Origin: Phoronis australis
Taxonomy: Eukaryota > Animalia > Phoronida
Length of the DNA stretch: 64,000 nt
Assembly (NCBI GenBank): GCA_002633005.1
Contig: NMRA01000172.1
Span: forward strand, 120,229-184,228
Direction: 5' to 3'
The notes under the pieces are model-generated. The model was given only the letters and a program-made list of their open reading frames with translations, had not been told where the DNA came from and searched no databases. Position 1 is the stretch's first letter, and each line of letters starts with the position of its first letter. Below are positions 41,830-54,539 of the stretch, piece by piece. The position numbers and the translations under genes are program-made.

Positions 41830-43870
41830 ACAGCTTAGTGCCAATGTGGGTAAAAAACTGACCAGATAAAATTTGACACAAAATTAGTGTCATAAAAAAC
41901 TACACCCTTCCTTGAGTACACCAAATTATTTGCCGGTGTTGGAAAAATTGGCGTTCTACCATTATTCTGCAGCTAAAATCGTGGAGCGATCTTATGCATC
42001 GGCTTTCGGCGCCATGATAAATTGCGTCACCTATTGGCCAGTTTCTTTTTTCGCCGATTCTTCAATTAACAGTACTGTTGTTCTTTGACGAGGTTGCGTA
42101 CACGTCGTAACAAATTATCGGAACTGGTTTCACTTCATTATAAGTTTTTAGAATTTTGATACCAGCAAATCGAATTTCAGAAGAAATTTTACTGCTGCCA
42201 AGCTATCATCATCTCCTGGGAGATGTCGCAAAAATTTAAGAAATGGCGTATGCGTGTGTCACGAGCGTACTTTTTTTGAAACGGCATCATTTTTCTTTGT
42301 TAGAAAAGGCGGAGGATTACGCATGAAAATGACGTTTCTTAGATTGTTTTTTCACTTAAAGGGCTGTAACGGGCAAGGTGAGTGTCGGTTGATTCCAGAT
42401 TTTGCATGCACCCTGTCCGGTCTTTAGCTTTACATGTTGATACAAGTTTCACGGCGAGGGGACGAGCAGAACTATCCTGGCTGTGTGCAATTGCGGGATC
42501 TATGGAAGATTAATACACAGTGGTACCTAGCTATATTTTGACGATAGTCTTCATACAGCTAGCTGGCTGGCTACCCATACAGCTTTTAACCAATGTGGGT
42601 AAAAAAATGGCTAAATGAAATCTCACACAAAATTAGTATTATTAAAAACTACACTCTTCCTTGAGTAAACTAAATTATTTACTGGCGTTCTACCATTATT
42701 CTGCTGCTAAAGTTGTGGAGCGATCTTTTGCGTCGGCTTTCGGTGCCATGAAATATTGCGTCACCTATTGGCCAGTTTCTTTTTTCGCCAATTTTTCAAT
42801 CTGCTGTTCTTCTTTCAAGAGGTTGCGTAGACAGTGACCACCGTCTCTAGCTGGACCCAGTAGAAACGGTGGACCTCCTATAGTAGCTTCATATGCCGGA
42901 AGATTTTAGGCCAATTATACCTCACCGCACTAATTAAAACATCAAAGTCACATTGTTATAGGTACCTTTTGCGCACAGAGGGACACCTTAGGATGGGGGT
43001 CGTGGATGTCTTTAAATCCTTCCAACGCAAACAAATATTCCTGTAATCAAACTTTTTCGTCAAGTAGTCCTTCGTTCAGTTGCCATTGCTGACACTCGTG
43101 GCAGGTGTGGTAAAGATAGAAGCATGCACAGTGTAAAAAATGGCCAGTTGCCGATTTGGGCAACTGAGCAAAAGACTGCTGGAAGAAAGAGTTCGATTAC
43201 TAGATCATTTTTTCGAGTTTGAAGGAATTAAAGACATCGACGGCCCCCTAAGGTGTCCATTTATGCACATAAGATACTTATAACAATTTGACTTTGATGT
43301 TTTAGTGAGTGTGAGGTATAATTCACTGAAAAGCTTCCGGCATATGATGCATCGTCTCTAATGGGGCCAGCTAGAGACGGTGGTCACTGTCTAGAGGTTA
43401 CGTGCATGTCACTATAAATTATCGGAACTGTTTTTATTTGGTTACAAGTTTTTAGTATTGTAGTACCAACAAACTGAATTTCAGATCAAATTTTACTGCT
43501 GCGAAGCTGTCACCATCTCCCAAGAGATGTCACAAAAATTTTGGAATTGGTGCGTGCGCATGTCACAAAACGACGAAAGACTTTTCTTTATTATGAAAGG
43601 TGGAGAATTATGCAAGAAAATTACAATTTTATTACTAGATCTTTATTCACCGAAAGGGCTACAATGGGCATGGTGAGTGTCGGTTGACACCTAGATTTTG
43701 CATGCACCTTTGCCAGTTTTGGCTCTAGATGTTGATTTAGGTTTCACAACGAGGTGATAAGCAGAGTTACCCAGGCTGTGTGAAATTTTGGGGTCTAATA
43801 GAGCTCAACACAAAGTTGTACCTAGCTGTATTTTGATGATAGTCTTCATACAATTAACTGGGTGGCTAGT
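41830..43870. repeat. Tandem pair of diverged ~750-bp units (about 41830-42575 and 42580-43870), the second interrupted by the MITE
   Basis: Shared blocks ccaatgtgggtaaaaaa, ttccttgagta, tggcgttctaccattattctgc, tgcgtcacctattggccagtttcttttttcgcc, ggtgagtgtcggttga. Confidence 0.8.
42828..43393. mobile_element. Foldback MITE with long TIRs and 9-bp TSD (Mutator/MULE-like)
   Basis: Termini tagacagtgaccaccgtctctagctgg / ccagctagagacggtggtcactgtcta; imperfect inverted symmetry over more than 200 bp; flanks gaggttgcg (42819-42827) and gaggttacg (43394-43402); empty site visible in the paralogous unit near 42089. Confidence 0.85.
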
Positions 43871-44170
43871 AGTACCTAGCTGTATTTTGCCGGTGGTCTT
43901 CATACAGCTAGCTGGCTGTATTTTGCCGGTGGTCTTCATACAACTAGCTGGCTGTATTTTGCCGGTGGTCTTCATGCAACTAGCTGGCTGTATTTTGCCG
44001 GTGGTCTTCATACAACTAGCTGGCTGTATTTTGCCGGTGGTCTTCATACAGCTAGCTCGCTGTATTTTGCTTGTAGTCTTCATACAGCTAGCTCGCTGTA
44101 TTTTGCCGGTGGTCTTCATACAGCTAGCTGGCTGTATTTTGCCGGTGGTCTTCATACAGCTAGCTGGCTG
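43820..44170. repeat. 36-bp minisatellite, about 9 copies, expanded from the end of the duplicated unit at 41830-43870
   Basis: Unit tagctggctgtattttgccggtggtcttcatacagc; source of ORFs 43788-44171 and 43805-44275. Confidence 0.9.
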
Positions 44171-44662
44171 ACTACCCATCTGCCAGCTTTTCCACGAAGA
44201 GGCAGCGCAGGTAAGGGACCTGTCCATGCTGACAGCAGACAGGCATTTGATGATCAAGACCTTAAACGTTACCAAATCTTAAAACATTGAATTGTAAACA
44301 GCTTAGTTTTGCACTGGCTGAAAAACAGTCAAGAGTTATCATCAGCAGAGCTTGGCTTTTAGCATAATATCATCTCGGCAAATGCAACCAGGCAAAATTC
44401 CCGGGTCACCAAACAGGAATTGAGGTAGTGAAACCTTGTTGACAGGAGAAGAAAATAAACTGTTTGAACTGAAATGCTGGCGACACAGGAAATGGTGGCT
44501 TGTGTGGCAGTGTACCCAAGGTCACCTCACATTTTCCTACAGTTGTATCGCGTCTTGTATTGTCATGGAATACAGCACTACCTTTCACATTTTGGTCAGT
44601 TAAACCTAGTGTGCCTGTTGTCGAACAGTGTTCTTTGTATGATTGCAGGTCTAACTTGAGTA

Positions 44663-44791
44663 ATGCCTAACTCAGATACTGAGGGAGATGCAACAAGCGT
44701 CGATTACAATCATTTAACTGTTCAACAACTGAAGCAAGAACTCAACAAAAGAAATCTGCCCTCTAAAGGTCTCCGTCTTAAAGCAGAATTT
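44663..44791 (+). CDS. First coding exon of VMP1, encoding most of a SAP-like (HeH) motif
   Basis: Acceptor ttgcag| at 44648, in-frame TGA at 44657 before the ATG at 44663, donor TTT|gtaagt. Phase-0 join to 46437 gives [29 protein letters not shown]|VSSLTEHD. Confidence 0.8.
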
Positions 44792-47700
44792 GTAAGTTTT
44801 ACTCCAAAAATATTGATTTCCTGTAATTTAAGCATGTATTTCGTATCCCAGTGGTTAATGCTTTGAGTCACATACATGAGGTTGATTTCATGTCATACCT
44901 ACAGTAGTGGTAGTGGTAGGGTACTAATCCCAACATATGAGTGCATGTTAGGGGTGCATGGGAGGTCCCGTTTCCAGTGCCGTATCAAATGCAGCAGTGC
45001 AAATTATCAGAATAATATCAAGCAAACAATACTTGATGCCTAATAGTTACTTTGCACTACTGCAGTGCCCTCTCTGGTTCTACAGTATTTACCCACAATG
45101 CCGTGATTCCGTGCGACACTTACCACACAGCTGTACTCTGCTGCCATGCTAATCACTAAACTTAGTTTGTCATTTGTCATTCTCATATGAATAAAGTTTT
45201 CTTGTTGTGCAGTGAGGTACAAATTTCAGACACAAAAACAGTCTTCTCGTTTGTCACTGGGCTCATAAGTATAAAAAAATTTTTAATGTGAATAACTTTT
45301 TTTAACTTTTAAATCTGCTATAAAGCCACCTTCTGCCAAAAAAATAAACTTTTGATTATGGCCACTTAGTGTTGGAGTTCCTCAATAGGTTGATTTGATG
45401 TGGCTGGTCATTTGATGTGGCTGGTCATTTGATGTGGCTGGTCATTTGATGTGGCTGGTCATTTGATGTGGCTGGTCATTTGGTGTGGCTGGTCATTTGG
45501 TGTGGCTGGTCATTTGATGTGGATGGTCATTTGATGTGGCTGGTCATTTGATGTGGCTAGTCATTTGGTGTGGCTGGTCATTTGATGTTGCTGGTCATTT
45601 GATGCGCTGGATGTGGTTCCTCCCTAGCATGGAATTTGCTTCTAATCTGAGTTACTTTAGTAACAAGTTGGCGCCAGTGGTATAAGAGATCCTCTTATTT
45701 CGCACAAAATAAAGTGAATATATTTTTCAAATTGCCAAATAAACGGAATAAAAACATATTTAATTATTAAATTAATATTGTTATAGTGTCCTAGGATCAT
45801 AAACTGCTGTGTGCGATCTTATTGAAATGCATACTATGGGTTGGCAGCTTGATCCAATTGACAGTAATTATATGGTGCTGTAAAATATTCTGTTCAGTGT
45901 AAAAGTACTGAGTTAGTGACACACTCTTGATCATGTGACTCACGTGACACTCCTCCAGGCCACCCCTCTTTCACCTCGTGTTCACAACAGCATGAAAAGA
46001 TGAATGAAGTAGTGATTGTAGTCTTCATATCTTGTTTTAAACACATCTGAAGTGGGGTTGCATTACTAGGATTAATAACTGGGTTTTGACTTGATATTAT
46101 CTGAAGTGCAAAACTGACCGCGTGCGAATTAGGTGAGTCAAGAAATTCCCACAAAGTAGCCTCGTGTGAAAACATAAGGGGCAAAATGTTATTTTCCTAG
46201 TAATTTTTGGTGTGCGAAATGAGATGAGTGTGCGAAGTGAGTGAAGAGTTACCGTATATGGCCTGAATTATTTTAGAACAGCTTTTAAGATGATACAAGG
46301 GTTTAATCAGTTGCTACACAGTGGATTGGGATATTTTTACAAATCACCAAACACAATCAAATGTAACTGAGGACTTGATATATTATTTGGTCAACTCTGA
46401 GAGCATCAGGTGACACAGTTTTCTTCCCTTTCCTAGGTAAGCTCCTTAACAGAACATGATGGTCTACAGCAATCTAGTGTAAGACAGCGTGTGAGCACTG
46501 TAGCTGGGGATGCTAATGGTGACATAGGCAGTGCCAAAACTAATGGTCTGGAGAGCCAGGACGCTCGGGACAAGTTGAGGATGAGAGAAAAGGCAGAGCG
46601 CAACAGTATTGTGCTATGGCGAAAACCATTTACTACGCTCAAATACTTCATCATTGAAAGCTCAATACTCATAAGAAGTTACCTGTTTAGGTGAGTGTAT
46701 GTCACAAGGTCAAGGTTGTACAAGTGCAACATTCTTTCACCATTACAATGTTTAGGTGAGTGTATGTCCCTCAGTTTGTTATGAAAGCCTATGTGTTCAT
46801 ATTTAGCTCTTGTTTTATGAACGTTCTTGTTTATAACTCTGCCTGTGGATGTGGACGAAAGTTTTAAAACAGTAACACTGGTCATGATTGGTAATGATTG
46901 TTCATACAGGTTGCTGAGGAGCAAGCGATTACTGCTGAGTTTGACATTAGTGTCCATGGCCCTGTGTGCAGTGGTGTATATTGAGGGACCACACCAGAAA
47001 GTAAGTGCAAAGAATGGACATTACAAAAGTGACCTTATGGTATAAACACCAGCTACATAACTGTGAGGCTATGAGTTCATTTCTACATCTTCGCATGGTA
47101 TTGTTCAGGAAACCCTTTATGGAGTTTCCTCTCTGTTCTTGAAACAACCATTTATTAATTACAATTGGTTCATTGATGAGGAGTAATTAAATAGGTATAA
47201 GTTACCTGTCAGTCATCTGTCGTGTGTGCGTGTGCACAATGACAGTTTTATTTACTTAAAGCTTTTGGCTTAAGCAAGAACTGTTGTAAAAATATTGTGA
47301 TTATTTGTTATTGATAAGAATACTATAATTCAGATTATTGTGATATGCTTTTCAAATGCTAGTCATTCATTTCCCTTGCTAGGGAATAAAACCCACAATA
47401 AATTGTTATCGTGTCATCTGACTGCTATGTCATTTCAGCATGTTCTCAGTATTCATAAGCAGACCATGTGGTGTCTTTACTGGCTAGGTCTAGGTATTCT
47501 GTCCTCTGTCGGCCTGGGCACTGGTCTTCATACATTCCTGCTTTATCTGGTAAGTATACACTAAGTAGACCTAGTGTTTGTTAACTTTTTGTAACATTTG
47601 TGTACGTTACACTACAGACAGTGATAAAATGGTACCGAAAGTAGTTTCCATCAATGACGTTATGTTTTTAATTGCCTTCTATGTAGGGTTTATTTCTAAT

Positions 47701-50700
47701 GACATTTGAGCACTGAAAATCTTATGCTTCTTTGGAAAATTATCCGCTATAAGTAGATGTTATTGTATGTGTACCTGAGCACTGCTGTCTTCCAGGATCC
47801 TCATATTCTTTGTTTGTTTGTTTGTTTACCGAAGTACTGCTGTCTTCAAGGTCCTCGTATTGTTTGTCTTCTAGGGTCCTCACATTGCTGCCGTTACATT
47901 AGCTGCATTTGAGTGTATGTCTGTTGACTTCCCTGAGCCTCCGTATCCTGAAGAGTAAGTATTAGTGCTCTCTCCCGAACTGTGTAGACAGCATGCATGA
48001 CCTGTGAAAAGTCTTATGCAAAATACTGTGTGAATGCAGTACACGGCAAAAAGAATTAGATAAAATGACACAGAATTCCACAATGCATAACTTTTAGTTT
48101 GTCGTGCAAAATATCAATGTGCCTGCTACTTGATGTTCATTGCCATTAGTGGTCCCTCATTATCACATTGGTCTGTGATTACTGGGTTAGAGCCAGGTCA
48201 GTGCATTCCATTCACCTAGGTATGAAGCATGATGGCAATGTGCCTTGTGAACTGCTGGTACCACTGTGTCAAGGTGGTGCTACATATGCTCCTGTATGAG
48301 GATTTAAATTATCTGATGATTCCTACAGCAATCTGTTTGTGAGGCATTACTTCCAACTGTGGTAAATATTCGCTTAGTTATCGTATATTACTGCAGAAAA
48401 GTGGAATTTTATTTTACAAAATTTTCAGTGAGAATACACTTGAGGAATGTTGCACTTTGTTATTGTAGTCGACAGTGTCAAAAACAGCACTTGGTAAATT
48501 GTGCTTAATATTCTTAGCAAGTTACAAGGAAATCTCGCCTATTTAGCATTCAATATGGCTATCACGTGGATTTTAATTTTCTCATATTTTTCGTAAGTTT
48601 GCCATGTTCAAGTTCTGTGCCATAGTTATTATAGATATAATGTGAAAACTTAAAGACTTCCACAAAAATCTTAGAAGCCCTTGAAATGAGAAAATTGTAA
48701 TTTTGACAATTATTCATGTCCGAAATTGGTGAGAGTTTACTGTAGTCTTCAAAAATGCACACCTTTGACGATTATCCTTGACTGTGTAAAACGAAAAGTC
48801 ACCATAAAAATGAGTAAAGATCCCTTTTGCCGCCAAAGAAATGTACCTTGATGTGGAAAGTGTGGTGCTGTTCCGTCCATATGTTACGGACTTGATTCAC
48901 AACCAGGGCCCGGTCTCTAATCTTTGTACTCGAAACGAGCTCGAAACTATTTTTGGCAATTTCTCTGCTCCTTTTGTGCGAACTTAAGATAATTGGTTAT
49001 CAGACTGTGCTCGAATACATTATAGTTTATGCATAGGAGTTTCTAGTTCAAGTTTGCCCTTGAAGACCCTTATATTCGTGCTACAAACTCGAGTAAAAAC
49101 TCGAAATTTCGAGTTCAAACTCGAACTTATTGCTTTGATATTGGGTTTACAAACTGTGAACTAAGGGCAATAAATTATCTACGTAAGTTATTGTGTACTC
49201 GAGCATAGAATAATAGACACTTATCTTGAGTTCGCCCAAAAGTAGAGTAGAAAATGCCAAACCTAATTTAGAGTTTGATTTCGAGTAAAAAGATTGGAGA
49301 CCGGGCCCAGGGTTAAGGATCATTGTAACCCAACCTAAAACCTATTTCTGCTGTCCAAGAGCATGCCAGAGACCTACATCACCAGATCTCTGATCAGGAC
49401 TCCAGTATATTAAGTCTACTCCCAGAGAAGTGGAAGAACAGGGTACGAAAAGCAATTGAGATCCAAGTCCACAGAACTAGTCTTAACAGAGATCCGGGAC
49501 TTGATCTACTAGCAGTGTATTCAGATCTGTTACGGGATTCCCCCGACATAAGCGAATCCCCGGTACTGTTTTTATTGTTTTATTATACAACGACAGAGGG
49601 CGCACCCGAAGGTGAATCAAGTCCGTGAGATATGGACAAAATGGCTTTGGTTCCGAAAGGGATCTTCACTCAATATTTTTTTATTTAAATGGAACCCAGT
49701 AATATACATAGTATCAAAAGCTATGTAAACATAATTGTCCTGTAAAGCATGTCCCTTCCTTTTCAGTATCATATGTCCGGAGCCTGGCCACGAGCAGGCC
49801 ACTATGTCTTTATGGACAATACTGAGCAAGGTGCGTTTGGAGGCCTTCATGTGGGGTGCTGGCACCGCGCTGGGGGAACTGCCTCCTTACTTCATGGCTC
49901 GTGCGGCCAGGCTGTCGGGAGATGAGGCTGAGGACGATGAATTTGAAGAGATCGAGGAGCTCATTCATGAGAAGGAGGAACACCCTGATCAGTTGGTAAA
50001 GTGTTGGTCATGTCTTCCACCATTTACACTTTTAAAGCAGTTACACACCAACTTTCTGTCACAAAAATCAAAGTTTTGATGTTTTTTGTGCGATGGTGTT
50101 TAGTTACGATAAAATGCTAGTTTGCAACATATTTTCCATGCCTTACTGAGATTGACATATTTATATACAGAATGCTTAGTACTTTTGTGGTATCTTTTTA
50201 ATTTCAAATCTGAAGTAAATGCAATTTCAATGATGATTGCCAACACAACCGTTCTTACTTTCCAAAGCATTGTATTTTGTTCCGCTCTCGATGTTAATCC
50301 ACTCAATATTTGCAGTTTGGATCATATTAGTTTTGTCTTCAAATCACCAATTATGTCTTCCAAATTAATGTATTTCTGTTCTCCTTTCAGAGTTTTATAG
50401 AAAGAACTAAGCTGGGTGTTCATCAGCTGGTACAGAGAGTCGGCTTTGTAGGCATTCTGGCATGTGCATCGGTACGTATTGGTCATCTCACTTTCTGTTT
50501 CTTACTAGCCATCCAATAGAAAAAAGAAAATTACCTTTAGAAATTTTCAATGGCTGTTGACTGGCTGCCATCTTTGCCAGTAGAGATTACCACTAGGTGG
50601 AGCTCTTGAAAGTAGCCTGTTGTAAATAGAGCTTAAGCGTAGAGAGCCCTCATCTCTGTTCATACACGTTGGCATCTGTTTGATGTAGATAGACTCCTGT

Positions 50701-53286
50701 ATTTTGTGTTCATAGTTGTTGACATCTGGGAATTGTAAGCTAGTATTCATCCAGTCCATCGCATGGTTTGTTTTATTTCACAAGGAGTTAGGAGGTGGAG
50801 TAGTAATATTATAATAAACTGTTTAATGTTATTCTGTTGGTCTCAATGAGAAGGGATTTATCAAATCGTTGAAACAAAGATTTGAATTTCTGTGCGTGAA
50901 AAAGAATCGAAGATAATATTTTTGTTTTTAATGATAATCAGAACATGAAATCAAAACCACAGCCCAAAGGTTGTTTGAAAAGTTCAACCTCTACCAATGT
51001 CTGTTACAACTTTTAAAACAAAGCATGTCGCCGTTGACAATCTTTGTAACAATACAATTCCTTTGTTGACATCAAGGCAAATGACAGACTGTGTTTTCAT
51101 GCATGGTGCACATTTCAATCATTTCGTCAAACTTGACATAAAAATTCTTTTCCAGATCCCGAATCCGCTATTTGATCTAGCTGGTATTACATGTGGACAC
51201 TTCCTGATCCCGTTTTGGACGTTCTTCGGTGCTACTCTTATTGGAAAGGCTATAATAAAAATGCACATTCAGGTATATTGTTTTGTTTTCCTCCACCGCG
51301 AGAAATTTAACAAATTAAAGTTCTTGAAAATGTTGTTGGTATGAAATCTCAAGAAAGAAGCTTTCACACTAAGAATTAACTACTCCATAAAATTATAGTC
51401 TTAAAAATGTATATATTCCGAGGGGGCGTTGGATAGTTTGGTAAAATTTTGAAAAATGCTCGTACTATCTGTAATTGACAAAAATGTAATATTCCTTATT
51501 ATAATTTTTCCATTTTTTACCCACAAATTCGTGAAGTTGTTTTTTTTTATCACGATATTGTGAAATGATAATAACTTGGACAACTGCCATCATCATTGTA
51601 CTGTTGGTACTTGAAGTTTTCAAGATTATTTACTTTGATTAATATGATCCAAAAGTTTAATTAGTCCATTTTTGATCAATTCATTTTATGCGCTTTGTTT
51701 GCTCTTTGTTTCAGAAACTCTTTGTTATATTTATGTTCAGTGAGCACCATGTGGAGACCTTAGTCGCTGCATTGAGGTATGTCCTCATCGTCACCCTTTC
51801 TTCAGTTAGACAATTGTGGGGTATATGTTTTCGCGCCATCTGTTGGACGGAAATTAATGTAGGAGTATTTTCTCTGGTTTCATTTGACTGTTAGAAACAC
51901 ATGGTCAGGTGTCCCATAATCCATTGTAGATATCCCATTTATCTCCAGCCATAGTTTGTGAACAAATTACGTTCTGTGTTAATCATTTAATACTGTCATG
52001 TCAGTTGTTGGTTATGTAGTGAATACGTCATTCTTCTCTGATAATTTATTTTAAATTTTGACTGCTTGATTATACTCTTAGTTTCTCCCATATAGGCCCA
52101 TGTGACTACTTCCAGATAGAGGTCTATCTTTTCATACATGGTTATGGGCCTCAATACAATCCTATTATAGTAGAATGTGAAATGTGTTGGTCTATTTAGA
52201 GATGCTTGTGCTATGATTTGCCATCACCATGCTCCACAAGGAAGTCTAGTATGACAATGACATGGGCTGCATATGAAAACTGAACCTTGCATTTCTTATT
52301 GCCTAGTTTCATTATTAGGCAATCAAACAGCTTTTGGTGACATATGAGTAGAGAAGTTTGTTGGACAGAAGTGATGATTATATAACTTCTTGATCACTAT
52401 TGTTTCTTTTTTGTAGGCATATTCCATACTTTGGAAAGTCACTGCAAGTTCCATTCATGGAATACTTGGAGAAACAGAAGAAAAAGTTGCATGTTAAGCC
52501 TGGTACAAAATTACCCGCTGTAAGTACAGTTCTCATAGTCACCATGTGTTTAGCCTGGTACAAAACTACCCGCTGTAAGTATGGTTTTCATTGTCACCAT
52601 TTGGGTTCTGTTCGACGAAAAGCGACTTTGGACTTCAGTCAGAAATTTGGTCTTGTGCTACCGCTTCACAGTTACTGAATTAAGTTTTAGCCTGTAATTA
52701 TTAGCCTGCCACGGCCGAGAAACTATGACATTGTGAGAAAGTGCTGAAAATGTCGGGCGGTCCAAGTAAGTTGTGTCCTCTCACTGATACCTGTGCTCAA
52801 TGACCCCTACTGATTGTCAACGATAAGAGTTAGTCGTTAATAAAACTTAATACAATTGTAGCAATTCATCCACCCAGACTCACAGTGTTTGCATTGTGGA
52901 TCACACTTTCTGTTTGAGCAATACATTTAATTGAATTGACTGAAAAGGCTCAATATAACTTTCAGAGTATTTAAAGTAACATAACTCATATTGATTAAAA
53001 TATCATTGAAAAAAAGGAACGTTCCTTTTTAATGGGGGACAATTGCAACCATTATTTTTGCAGTTGGATACCAGTTATGACAGCTCCATGCTGTGTGCTT
53101 AAGTGCAAATGTATGAAATGAGAATTTCTCTTCCAGTCAGAATCCTGGTTGTCCTGGATATTTGAGAAAGTCATCATCGTCATGGTTATTTACTTTGTGC
53201 TGTCAATCATCAATTCCATGGCCCAAAGTTATCACAAACGACTGTGCAAGGAACGACAAGAACTCAAGGCAAAGATCATTGATTAA
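44663..53286 (+). CDS. VMP1: Vacuole membrane protein 1 (VMP1, DedA/VTT-domain ER scramblase) with N-terminal SAP-like extension, about 468 aa
   Basis: Exons 44663-44791, 46437-46690, 46910-47000, 47439-47549, 47875-47954, 49767-49995, 50391-50471, 51156-51272, 51715-51776, 52417-52519, 53137-53286, GT-AG and in frame. Motifs [103 protein letters not shown]. Confidence 0.96.
45393..45604. repeat. 17-bp minisatellite, about 12 copies
   Basis: Unit catttgatgtggctggt. Confidence 0.9.
48907..49307. mobile_element. PIF/Harbinger-like MITE
   Basis: TIRs ggcccggtctctaatctttgtactcgaaa / tttcgagtaaaaagattggagaccgggcc, 3-bp TSD CAG on both sides, internally palindromic. Confidence 0.75.
49340..49535 (+). 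mobile_element. Penelope-like GIY-YIG remnant
   Basis: [45 protein letters not shown]. Confidence 0.55.
50570..50775 (-). mobile_element. Penelope-like GIY-YIG endonuclease C-terminal remnant
   Basis: [37 protein letters not shown]. Confidence 0.6.
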
Positions 53287-54539
53287 TTGTGCTGTTATAA
53301 ATCAGTGTGTTGCAAGAATTGTTAGTTATAATACACGCCGTATGTTGGTGACATCACTAGACCTTTAATTAAGGCTGAAAAGATCTCTGCTCCAACAAGG
53401 GTTTGCACTTGGGACTTTCTACTCACCATTCTGAAATTTTTCTGCTAACCGTGAACAGGTTCGAGCCCGTTCAGTGAAGAAATCTTTTGACTTAATGAAA
53501 GGTCTCGTGATGTGACCAACACATGGCTTGTATGATGTCCTAATAATTCTTGCTTATCATGAATTAAGTTGACAAAGTGTGTGCCCACCAATCCTTCCAA
53601 CATCAGTTTGTGTGTGTCCTCTGTCTTTTTGTGTCACCTTCAAATTAGTTTTAGCTTAAATATTTAACATTGTGTTTGAATTTCTCATTTTTAAGCTTGC
53701 ACAATTTCCAAATAGATGCCAAAACATAAACGATGATTACCCTAACTAACGAATGTCCGAGACAATGTTGTACCTGACACTTTTCTTTGAATAGAACAAT
53801 TCTACTGCTTTTCTAATATGAAGTCACTTGCATACCAACTAAAACGTGCACTGTCAACTTGTTGCAGTATAGGAGAAGATCAGTTGCTTCATGATAACCA
53901 AAAGGACTTAACAGGGTTAGGCTGGTGTTCTTTAAAAAGCAATGATAAATCTTTGTTTTGCCTGGTTTTGGTGACCTGCTAAAAATCCCAGGACGCCAGA
54001 ATGTTGCCACGCCACATTGGAGCGTGCAGTCAAAATACTGCAAAAAGTAACCTGAGTTGTAACTGTTTGGCAAAGATTTGAACAACCTGCGTGCCTCATG
54101 AGGTGACCCTGTGCACAGGGTATTTGGCCAGAGATTGGCCATCTTTGAGTACGCGAGATAATCCTATTTTTTTGTTGTAACAAACAAATACCAACCAGGC
54201 GACTGGTGGATTTTTGCTGAGTTCACCAGATTTTCACCACAGGTCTTCAAGTATCTTGTTTTATTTCGTTCGGCTCTTCCCAATGAAATTTGGCGACCTC
54301 ACTTCCCAGTTCGCAACTTGGGAAATTTGTCGGGTTGCATTTGGCAAGTTTCTGCAGAGGATATTAAATTGCGTCAAAGCCAGGACTTGTGTGCAGTTAC
54401 ATGTGTGTCTATGTGGCTATTGTAACTGGAGTTAGAATTGTTGGTCAGGGTTTTCTTTCTTGATCTGAATAGTATGATGTAACAATTATGCGCACTATAT
54501 GTCAGCAGCGCCCTCTTGTGAACTCTATTGGGTATTATG

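Noticed and set aside
43788-44275. Repetitive ORFs (AGCILPVVFIQL)n and (QPASCMKTTGKI)n
   Set aside because: Translations of a 36-bp minisatellite, not genes.
53287-54500. miR-21-like hairpin downstream of VMP1, as in vertebrates
   Set aside because: No miR-21 mature sequence seen; that linkage is vertebrate-specific.
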